Positions 1 through 7,104 of a stretch of 7,225 nucleotides of DNA are shown here, piece by piece; positions within the stretch are counted from its first letter, which is position 1; every line of letters starts with the position of its first letter. The notes below the pieces were generated by a model. The model was not told the origin of the DNA. It did no database searches and saw only the letters and a list, made by a program, of their open reading frames with translations. This DNA comes from Naegleria gruberi (taxonomy: Eukaryota): NCBI GenBank assembly GCA_000004985.1, contig GG739152.1; one strand, 5' to 3'. Position numbers and translations under genes: made by a program.

Positions 1-475
1 TCTCTGACCATCCACACAGTTCATACTCCTCTCCCTTTCCTTTTGTAAAAACACCAAAAACCGAAGCTAACAAATAGGAAACAAAGTAAGGCGAAATCTC
101 ATACGAATCCCACAATGTTACTCTCTCACAATAAAATTCATCAGGTATTTGTGAGGTAATATTCTTCAATACAGCAGCCCTCCGATCAGGAGTTATATTC
201 AAATTTACAGTCATGATTGGACTGGTATTCCAACACTTGTTGAAATTCTTCGAGTAGGAAATTTGTTTGGTATATAATAGCGTCATGGGAATACTCTGAT
301 TGAATATTGGTGCAAATCCATTCACTCCATTATGTATCATTCCGAAACTCTTATCCATATAATTGTTATTATTTAATATATTAATAATAATTATCATCAC
401 AACAATGAGTATTATTAAAACAGAAAATGAAACTCTGGGAAATAGTATTTGTGTCCTTGATTGTCGTAGAATCAT
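1..475 (-). CDS. Gene A: 5'-complete, 3'-truncated ORF. 158 codons are visible and it runs off the left window edge. Predicted type-II membrane or secretory glycoprotein: short basic N-terminus, about 20 hydrophobic residues, then a region with four N-x-S/T sequons.
   Basis: Minus-strand ATG at 475..473 in an A-rich context (cacaaaaaaATGatt). An in-frame TAA lies just upstream at 505..503, and there is no stop from 472 down to position 1. I translated the reverse complement of 1-480 segment by segment. Translation: MILRQSRTQILFPRVSFSVLIILIVVMIIIINILNNNNYMDKSFGMIHNGVNGFAPIFNQSIPMTLLYTKQISYSKNFNKCWNTSPIMTVNLNITPDRRAAVLKNITSQIPDEFYCERVTLWDSYEISPYFVSYLLASVFGVFTKGKGEEYELCGWSE... Sequons: NQS, NTS, NIT, NIT. 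It is not in the supplied ORF track, apparently because the ORF has no in-window stop. Confidence 0.6.
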   Translation of the reverse strand, partial: MILRQSRTQILFPRVSFSVLIILIVVMIIIINILNNNNYMDKSFGMIHNGVNGFAPIFNQSIPMTLLYTKQISYSKNFNKCWNTSPIMTVNLNITPDRRAAVLKNITSQIPDEFYCERVTLWDSYEISPYFVSYLLASVFGVFTKGKGEEYELCGWSE

Positions 476-739
476 TTTTTTGTGGTGATTCTCGTTTCGA
501 GATTACAAAGTTACATTCTTGGTGTGAAAGATTTTTATGATTATTGTAAAGTTGTTAAATAAATCATCAAATTTAGTAATTGTAAACTCAAAAACCCACA
601 TGTATCGGCTTATACTTTCAACTAAAAGGAATTTTGAAATATCAAGTGCAGTCAACTGTTTCTATATCAACGCACTAATCGAATGCGCATAATAATTTGT
701 ACACCCTCATTAAGATGAAACCTTGGTGGTTCCAACTTG

Positions 740-747
740 TATAAATA
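740..747 (+). promoter_or_regulatory. TATA box (TATAAATA) for gene B. A CCAAT motif lies at 769-773.
   Basis: Exact TATAAATA at 740-747, 91-98 bp upstream of the ATG at 838. It sits in the 362-bp AT-rich divergent intergenic region between the gene A ATG (475, minus) and the gene B ATG (838, plus). Confidence 0.35.
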
Positions 748-837
748 CCACTTATCGGCCAATTTCAAAACTCTAAATCCCGACTATGCATTCCTTTAAA
801 TTCACACAAAAGCCGAAATAATAAATCTCATAAAAAA

Positions 838-878
838 ATGTCTCAACAAGTAATTGATCTCAACAAGCAACATTTCGA
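838..878 (+). CDS. Gene B: 5' end of a plus-strand CDS. 13 codons are visible before it runs into the N block. Product unknown.
   Basis: ATG at 838-840 in a strong A-rich context (cataaaaaaATGtct), with the TATA box about 95 bp upstream. It reads MSQQVIDLNKQHF and then enters the N run at 879. The ORF-track entries 838..6255 and 854..6235 share this start, but their length is an artefact of N translated as X. Confidence 0.45.
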
Positions 879-3800
879 NNNNNNNNNNNNNNNNNNNNNN
901 NNNNNNNNNNNNNNNNNNNNNNNNNNNNNNNNNNNNNNNNNNNNNNNNNNNNNNNNNNNNNNNNNNNNNNNNNNNNNNNNNNNNNNNNNNNNNNNNNNNN
1001 NNNNNNNNNNNNNNNNNNNNNNNNNNNNNNNNNNNNNNNNNNNNNNNNNNNNNNNNNNNNNNNNNNNNNNNNNNNNNNNNNNNNNNNNNNNNNNNNNNNN
1101 NNNNNNNNNNNNNNNNNNNNNNNNNNNNNNNNNNNNNNNNNNNNNNNNNNNNNNNNNNNNNNNNNNNNNNNNNNNNNNNNNNNNNNNNNNNNNNNNNNNN
1201 NNNNNNNNNNNNNNNNNNNNNNNNNNNNNNNNNNNNNNNNNNNNNNNNNNNNNNNNNNNNNNNNNNNNNNNNNNNNNNNNNNNNNNNNNNNNNNNNNNNN
1301 NNNNNNNNNNNNNNNNNNNNNNNNNNNNNNNNNNNNNNNNNNNNNNNNNNNNNNNNNNNNNNNNNNNNNNNNNNNNNNNNNNNNNNNNNNNNNNNNNNNN
1401 NNNNNNNNNNNNNNNNNNNNNNNNNNNNNNNNNNNNNNNNNNNNNNNNNNNNNNNNNNNNNNNNNNNNNNNNNNNNNNNNNNNNNNNNNNNNNNNNNNNN
1501 NNNNNNNNNNNNNNNNNNNNNNNNNNNNNNNNNNNNNNNNNNNNNNNNNNNNNNNNNNNNNNNNNNNNNNNNNNNNNNNNNNNNNNNNNNNNNNNNNNNN
1601 NNNNNNNNNNNNNNNNNNNNNNNNNNNNNNNNNNNNNNNNNNNNNNNNNNNNNNNNNNNNNNNNNNNNNNNNNNNNNNNNNNNNNNNNNNNNNNNNNNNN
1701 NNNNNNNNNNNNNNNNNNNNNNNNNNNNNNNNNNNNNNNNNNNNNNNNNNNNNNNNNNNNNNNNNNNNNNNNNNNNNNNNNNNNNNNNNNNNNNNNNNNN
1801 NNNNNNNNNNNNNNNNNNNNNNNNNNNNNNNNNNNNNNNNNNNNNNNNNNNNNNNNNNNNNNNNNNNNNNNNNNNNNNNNNNNNNNNNNNNNNNNNNNNN
1901 NNNNNNNNNNNNNNNNNNNNNNNNNNNNNNNNNNNNNNNNNNNNNNNNNNNNNNNNNNNNNNNNNNNNNNNNNNNNNNNNNNNNNNNNNNNNNNNNNNNN
2001 NNNNNNNNNNNNNNNNNNNNNNNNNNNNNNNNNNNNNNNNNNNNNNNNNNNNNNNNNNNNNNNNNNNNNNNNNNNNNNNNNNNNNNNNNNNNNNNNNNNN
2101 NNNNNNNNNNNNNNNNNNNNNNNNNNNNNNNNNNNNNNNNNNNNNNNNNNNNNNNNNNNNNNNNNNNNNNNNNNNNNNNNNNNNNNNNNNNNNNNNNNNN
2201 NNNNNNNNNNNNNNNNNNNNNNNNNNNNNNNNNNNNNNNNNNNNNNNNNNNNNNNNNNNNNNNNNNNNNNNNNNNNNNNNNNNNNNNNNNNNNNNNNNNN
2301 NNNNNNNNNNNNNNNNNNNNNNNNNNNNNNNNNNNNNNNNNNNNNNNNNNNNNNNNNNNNNNNNNNNNNNNNNNNNNNNNNNNNNNNNNNNNNNNNNNNN
2401 NNNNNNNNNNNNNNNNNNNNNNNNNNNNNNNNNNNNNNNNNNNNNNNNNNNNNNNNNNNNNNNNNNNNNNNNNNNNNNNNNNNNNNNNNNNNNNNNNNNN
2501 NNNNNNNNNNNNNNNNNNNNNNNNNNNNNNNNNNNNNNNNNNNNNNNNNNNNNNNNNNNNNNNNNNNNNNNNNNNNNNNNNNNNNNNNNNNNNNNNNNNN
2601 NNNNNNNNNNNNNNNNNNNNNNNNNNNNNNNNNNNNNNNNNNNNNNNNNNNNNNNNNNNNNNNNNNNNNNNNNNNNNNNNNNNNNNNNNNNNNNNNNNNN
2701 NNNNNNNNNNNNNNNNNNNNNNNNNNNNNNNNNNNNNNNNNNNNNNNNNNNNNNNNNNNNNNNNNNNNNNNNNNNNNNNNNNNNNNNNNNNNNNNNNNNN
2801 NNNNNNNNNNNNNNNNNNNNNNNNNNNNNNNNNNNNNNNNNNNNNNNNNNNNNNNNNNNNNNNNNNNNNNNNNNNNNNNNNNNNNNNNNNNNNNNNNNNN
2901 NNNNNNNNNNNNNNNNNNNNNNNNNNNNNNNNNNNNNNNNNNNNNNNNNNNNNNNNNNNNNNNNNNNNNNNNNNNNNNNNNNNNNNNNNNNNNNNNNNNN
3001 NNNNNNNNNNNNNNNNNNNNNNNNNNNNNNNNNNNNNNNNNNNNNNNNNNNNNNNNNNNNNNNNNNNNNNNNNNNNNNNNNNNNNNNNNNNNNNNNNNNN
3101 NNNNNNNNNNNNNNNNNNNNNNNNNNNNNNNNNNNNNNNNNNNNNNNNNNNNNNNNNNNNNNNNNNNNNNNNNNNNNNNNNNNNNNNNNNNNNNNNNNNN
3201 NNNNNNNNNNNNNNNNNNNNNNNNNNNNNNNNNNNNNNNNNNNNNNNNNNNNNNNNNNNNNNNNNNNNNNNNNNNNNNNNNNNNNNNNNNNNNNNNNNNN
3301 NNNNNNNNNNNNNNNNNNNNNNNNNNNNNNNNNNNNNNNNNNNNNNNNNNNNNNNNNNNNNNNNNNNNNNNNNNNNNNNNNNNNNNNNNNNNNNNNNNNN
3401 NNNNNNNNNNNNNNNNNNNNNNNNNNNNNNNNNNNNNNNNNNNNNNNNNNNNNNNNNNNNNNNNNNNNNNNNNNNNNNNNNNNNNNNNNNNNNNNNNNNN
3501 NNNNNNNNNNNNNNNNNNNNNNNNNNNNNNNNNNNNNNNNNNNNNNNNNNNNNNNNNNNNNNNNNNNNNNNNNNNNNNNNNNNNNNNNNNNNNNNNNNNN
3601 NNNNNNNNNNNNNNNNNNNNNNNNNNNNNNNNNNNNNNNNNNNNNNNNNNNNNNNNNNNNNNNNNNNNNNNNNNNNNNNNNNNNNNNNNNNNNNNNNNNN
3701 NNNNNNNNNNNNNNNNNNNNNNNNNNNNNNNNNNNNNNNNNNNNNNNNNNNNNNNNNNNNNNNNNNNNNNNNNNNNNNNNNNNNNNNNNNNNNNNNNNNN

Positions 3801-6220
3801 NNNNNNNNNNNNNNNNNNNNNNNNNNNNNNNNNNNNNNNNNNNNNNNNNNNNNNNNNNNNNNNNNNNNNNNNNNNNNNNNNNNNNNNNNNNNNNNNNNNN
3901 NNNNNNNNNNNNNNNNNNNNNNNNNNNNNNNNNNNNNNNNNNNNNNNNNNNNNNNNNNNNNNNNNNNNNNNNNNNNNNNNNNNNNNNNNNNNNNNNNNNN
4001 NNNNNNNNNNNNNNNNNNNNNNNNNNNNNNNNNNNNNNNNNNNNNNNNNNNNNNNNNNNNNNNNNNNNNNNNNNNNNNNNNNNNNNNNNNNNNNNNNNNN
4101 NNNNNNNNNNNNNNNNNNNNNNNNNNNNNNNNNNNNNNNNNNNNNNNNNNNNNNNNNNNNNNNNNNNNNNNNNNNNNNNNNNNNNNNNNNNNNNNNNNNN
4201 NNNNNNNNNNNNNNNNNNNNNNNNNNNNNNNNNNNNNNNNNNNNNNNNNNNNNNNNNNNNNNNNNNNNNNNNNNNNNNNNNNNNNNNNNNNNNNNNNNNN
4301 NNNNNNNNNNNNNNNNNNNNNNNNNNNNNNNNNNNNNNNNNNNNNNNNNNNNNNNNNNNNNNNNNNNNNNNNNNNNNNNNNNNNNNNNNNNNNNNNNNNN
4401 NNNNNNNNNNNNNNNNNNNNNNNNNNNNNNNNNNNNNNNNNNNNNNNNNNNNNNNNNNNNNNNNNNNNNNNNNNNNNNNNNNNNNNNNNNNNNNNNNNNN
4501 NNNNNNNNNNNNNNNNNNNNNNNNNNNNNNNNNNNNNNNNNNNNNNNNNNNNNNNNNNNNNNNNNNNNNNNNNNNNNNNNNNNNNNNNNNNNNNNNNNNN
4601 NNNNNNNNNNNNNNNNNNNNNNNNNNNNNNNNNNNNNNNNNNNNNNNNNNNNNNNNNNNNNNNNNNNNNNNNNNNNNNNNNNNNNNNNNNNNNNNNNNNN
4701 NNNNNNNNNNNNNNNNNNNNNNNNNNNNNNNNNNNNNNNNNNNNNNNNNNNNNNNNNNNNNNNNNNNNNNNNNNNNNNNNNNNNNNNNNNNNNNNNNNNN
4801 NNNNNNNNNNNNNNNNNNNNNNNNNNNNNNNNNNNNNNNNNNNNNNNNNNNNNNNNNNNNNNNNNNNNNNNNNNNNNNNNNNNNNNNNNNNNNNNNNNNN
4901 NNNNNNNNNNNNNNNNNNNNNNNNNNNNNNNNNNNNNNNNNNNNNNNNNNNNNNNNNNNNNNNNNNNNNNNNNNNNNNNNNNNNNNNNNNNNNNNNNNNN
5001 NNNNNNNNNNNNNNNNNNNNNNNNNNNNNNNNNNNNNNNNNNNNNNNNNNNNNNNNNNNNNNNNNNNNNNNNNNNNNNNNNNNNNNNNNNNNNNNNNNNN
5101 NNNNNNNNNNNNNNNNNNNNNNNNNNNNNNNNNNNNNNNNNNNNNNNNNNNNNNNNNNNNNNNNNNNNNNNNNNNNNNNNNNNNNNNNNNNNNNNNNNNN
5201 NNNNNNNNNNNNNNNNNNNNNNNNNNNNNNNNNNNNNNNNNNNNNNNNNNNNNNNNNNNNNNNNNNNNNNNNNNNNNNNNNNNNNNNNNNNNNNNNNNNN
5301 NNNNNNNNNNNNNNNNNNNNNNNNNNNNNNNNNNNNNNNNNNNNNNNNNNNNNNNNNNNNNNNNNNNNNNNNNNNNNNNNNNNNNNNNNNNNNNNNNNNN
5401 NNNNNNNNNNNNNNNNNNNNNNNNNNNNNNNNNNNNNNNNNNNNNNNNNNNNNNNNNNNNNNNNNNNNNNNNNNNNNNNNNNNNNNNNNNNNNNNNNNNN
5501 NNNNNNNNNNNNNNNNNNNNNNNNNNNNNNNNNNNNNNNNNNNNNNNNNNNNNNNNNNNNNNNNNNNNNNNNNNNNNNNNNNNNNNNNNNNNNNNNNNNN
5601 NNNNNNNNNNNNNNNNNNNNNNNNNNNNNNNNNNNNNNNNNNNNNNNNNNNNNNNNNNNNNNNNNNNNNNNNNNNNNNNNNNNNNNNNNNNNNNNNNNNN
5701 NNNNNNNNNNNNNNNNNNNNNNNNNNNNNNNNNNNNNNNNNNNNNNNNNNNNNNNNNNNNNNNNNNNNNNNNNNNNNNNNNNNNNNNNNNNNNNNNNNNN
5801 NNNNNNNNNNNNNNNNNNNNNNNNNNNNNNNNNNNNNNNNNNNNNNNNNNNNNNNNNNNNNNNNNNNNNNNNNNNNNNNNNNNNNNNNNNNNNNNNNNNN
5901 NNNNNNNNNNNNNNNNNNNNNNNNNNNNNNNNNNNNNNNNNNNNNNNNNNNNNNNNNNNNNNNNNNNNNNNNNNNNNNNNNNNNNNNNNNNNNNNNNNNN
6001 NNNNNNNNNNNNNNNNNNNNNNNNNNNNNNNNNNNNNNNNNNNNNNNNNNNNNNNNNNNNNNNNNNNNNNNNNNNNNNNNNNNNNNNNNNNNNNNNNNNN
6101 NNNNNNNNNNNNNNNNNNNNNNNNNNNNNNNNNNNNNNNNNNNNNNNNNNNNNNNNNNNNNNNNNNNNNNNNNNNNNNNNNNNNNNNNNNNNNNNNNNNN
6201 NNNNNNNNNNNNNNNNNNNN
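879..6220. other. Masked or unsequenced block of 5,342 consecutive N. Its content is unknown.
   Basis: I counted directly: the first n is at 879 and the last at 6220. Gene B enters it from the left and gene C exon 4 enters it from the right, so at least the 3' portions of two convergent genes lie inside. Confidence 0.99.
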
Positions 6221-6586
6221 ATCTGCACCATCTGATTCCATATCAAGCAAATTAATTGCGTCTGCTGAAGGTTGTGTTGCTCTTGTGTCAGGTTTTTTGA
6301 TCCAATCTTTAACAAGTGTTAAAAAAACAACTTCATCTTCTGCAACATAGCTCTGCAATGAAGAGAATTGACCATTGTTGGCTCTGACATGTTCTCTTGT
6401 TGGTGAAGAGGTAGAAGGTTGAATATCTGTTGCTTGAATTGAGGATGGAACCCCTTCTATATTAGAAACTTCTACATTGGAATTCTTCTTTCTTTTTGGC
6501 TTCTCTTTTTTCTTTAATTCTATTAGACTCTTTCTTTTAAAAGAACTCCACAGATTGCTGAATATCTTACTGACATAACAATAGCT
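6221..6586 (-). CDS. Gene C exon 4, visible part (122 codons, phase 0). It continues leftward into the N block. It encodes a stretch resembling a nuclear localisation signal (KRKSLIELKKKEKPKRKKN), an S/T/P/Q-rich low-complexity region and an acidic patch.
   Basis: The minus-strand frame is open from the acceptor TAG at 6589..6587 down to 6221. Translation: SYCYVSKIFSNLWSSFKRKSLIELKKKEKPKRKKNSNVEVSNIEGVPSSIQATDIQPSTSSPTREHVRANNGQFSSLQSYVAEDEVVFLTLVKDWIKKPDTRATQPSADAINLLDMESDGAD... The right-hand ends of ORF-track entries 802..6315 and 860..6358 overlap this real coding stretch. Confidence 0.7.
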
Positions 6587-6641
6587 CTAATTAATTGTTG
6601 GAAAATAATTAATAAATAATTTAAGGATAAACTTCACTTAC
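6587..6641 (-). other. Gene C intron 3 (55 nt, phase 0).
   Basis: On the minus strand it starts with GTAAGT (6641..6636) and ends with aattaaTTAG (AG at 6588..6587). A CCAAC branch-like motif lies 11 nt upstream of the acceptor. Removing it joins exon 3 (ending ...CAA AGT ATT) in frame to the long open frame of exon 4. The alternative ttcAG acceptor at 6559..6558 was tested and gives an immediate in-frame TAA. Confidence 0.55.
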
Positions 6642-6819
6642 AATACTTTGCACGTATTTATATGTATCCGTTGACAATCCATTAACATGTTTTCTGAACA
6701 ATGTTTCACCAAAAGTTAATTGCAGACAATCTTTACATGAACTCATGGCAGTATCATTTTGGGGAATCCCTTTTCGCTTACAGTAAATTCGAATACATTG
6801 CATAACTTCTCTTTTTAGT
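6642..6819 (-). CDS. Gene C exon 3 (178 nt). It encodes a Cys-rich segment with a C-x4-C-x14-C-x2-C arrangement.
   Basis: This is the inner part of ORF-track entry 6621..6848. That entry starts at a TTG (not an ATG), and its last 7 codons (VSEVYP*) are read from the GTAAGT intron. The first exon nucleotide (A at 6819) completes the codon GC|A carried over from exon 2. Exon reading: (A)LKREVMQCIRIYCKRKGIPQNDTAMSSCKDCLQLTFGETLFRKHVNGLSTDTYKYVQSI. Confidence 0.6.
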
Positions 6820-6861
6820 CTATATAAAATCAAATAAATAACTAACAATTTGCTTACTTAC
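6820..6861 (-). other. Gene C intron 2 (42 nt, phase 2). A second donor (GTAAGC) lies 4 nt downstream, giving a tandem donor GTAAGTAAGC.
   Basis: Minus strand: gtaagtaagcaaattgttagttatttatttgattttatatag. The donor GTAAGT is at 6861..6856 and the acceptor tatAG at 6821..6820. The length is a multiple of 3, and removal bypasses the in-frame TAA at 6860..6858. The result joins ...CAA CGA GC to A CTA AAA..., giving ...TQRALKREV.... Confidence 0.5.
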
Positions 6862-6931
6862 GCTCGTTGAGTATCCTTCCATCCCACTGCAGCCTTGGGA
6901 TAACAGTCAGCCAACTTTTCATATGTGGCTT
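6862..6931 (-). CDS. Gene C exon 2 (70 nt), read in the frame that gives (E)ATYEKLADCYPKAAVGWKDTQR(A).
   Basis: This frame is open from 6983 to the intron-2 donor and is the same frame as exon 3. The acceptor is gtttacCAG with AG at 6933..6932. The phase-1 start matches the phase-1 end of exon 1 (G|AA gives Glu). The alternative frame (KPHMKSWLTVIPRLQWDGRILNERK) is also open across this segment, so the frame choice rests on splice phase and a weak codon-usage preference. Confidence 0.45.
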
Positions 6932-7097
6932 CTGGTAAACATGTTATGGTTAATTTAGTCTTCTTCTTTGTTATTAGAATAATTTATGTTGAATAAATGG
7001 TGCTAAACTACTTACTTTTACTGATGGTGATGATGCTGAAATGATGTAAAATTGGCAGTTGATGGAAAAGTTACAAGGTTGATGTTGAATTACTTAC
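6932..7097 (-). other. Gene C intron 1 (166 nt, phase 1). It contains the candidate 20-nt cassette exon at 7035..7016.
   Basis: Donor GTAAGT at 7097..7092 immediately after ATGCCAG. The acceptor is ...aTTAACcATAACatgtttacCAG, which carries TTAAC and ATAAC branch-like motifs 18 and 12 nt upstream of the AG. Confidence 0.4.
7016..7035 (-). other. Candidate 20-nt cassette micro-exon (CATCATCACCATCAGTAAAA) inside gene C intron 1.
   Basis: On the minus strand it is flanked by a consensus acceptor cATTTCAG (AG at 7037..7036) and a perfect donor GTAAGT (7015..7010). Including it would split intron 1 into introns of 62 and 84 nt and shift the downstream frame by +2. See the findings entry for the frame consequences. 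Confidence 0.25.
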
Positions 7098-7104
7098 CTG
7101 GCAT
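7098..7104 (-). CDS. Gene C exon 1: a 7-nt micro first exon (ATG CCA G) carrying the start codon.
   Basis: The minus strand reads ...cacaataaATGCCAG|GTAAGTaattc. The ATG sits in an A-rich context and is followed after 4 nt by a perfect GTAAGT donor. Phase 1 matches the exon 2 frame, predicting an N-terminus MPEATYEKLADCYPKAAVGWKDTQRALKREVMQC.... There are four ACTTAC (minus-strand GTAAGT) sites in the 1,005 readable nt on this side against about 0.25 expected by chance. I cannot exclude a 5' exon further upstream. Confidence 0.3.

Noticed and set aside
22-24. Minus-strand ATG reading MNCVDGQR off the left edge.
   Set aside because: It is out of frame with, and embedded in, the 158-codon gene A ORF that starts at 475.
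543-586. ATTGTAAA 8-mer occurring twice (543-550 and 579-586). It is also reminiscent of the ATTGTG core of the 7107-7130 tandem repeat.
   Set aside because: In AT-rich sequence one or two repeated 8-mers per few hundred bp are expected. Calling a shared ATTGT-type factor site would be over-reading.
683-690. Perfect 8-bp palindrome ATGCGCAT, and the 4-bp inverted arms CGCA/TGCG around it, in the A/B intergenic region.
   Set aside because: An 8-bp palindrome is expected several times by chance in 1.9 kb. No repeat copies or flanking conservation are visible.
802-6358. Four ORFs of about 1,800 aa in the supplied track (802..6315 -, 838..6255 +, 854..6235 +, 860..6358 -).
   Set aside because: They are open only because the 5,342-nt N run translates to X. 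Only their readable ends mean anything: the ATG at 838 is gene B, and the 6221-6358 end of the minus-strand ORFs overlaps gene C exon 4. The M at 6358 is a TTG codon, not ATG, and the frame stays open upstream to the splice acceptor at 6587.
6558-6559. Minus-strand acceptor ttcAG at 6559..6558 as the start of gene C exon 4.
   Set aside because: Splicing exon 3 (phase 0) to 6557 gives CAA TCT GTG GAG TTC TTT TAA, an immediate in-frame stop. The upstream acceptor TTAG at 6588..6587 gives a continuous open frame of more than 120 codons.
6621-6848. 75-aa minus-strand ORF as a stand-alone small gene.
   Set aside because: Its first codon is TTG (6848..6846), lying inside what I interpret as gene C intron 2. 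Its last 7 codons run through the perfect GTAAGT donor at 6641 to a TAA at 6623..6621. The part from 6819 to 6642 is better explained as gene C exon 3.
6642-6931. Fleeting resemblance of gene C residues about 40-90 (…TAMSSCKDCLQL…GLSTDTYKYVQS…) to the N-terminal TFIIB/cyclin-like region of ORC6-type proteins.
   Set aside because: It rests on my memory of a few spaced residues with no alignment or search possible. It is too weak to report as a call, and only an HHpred run could support it.
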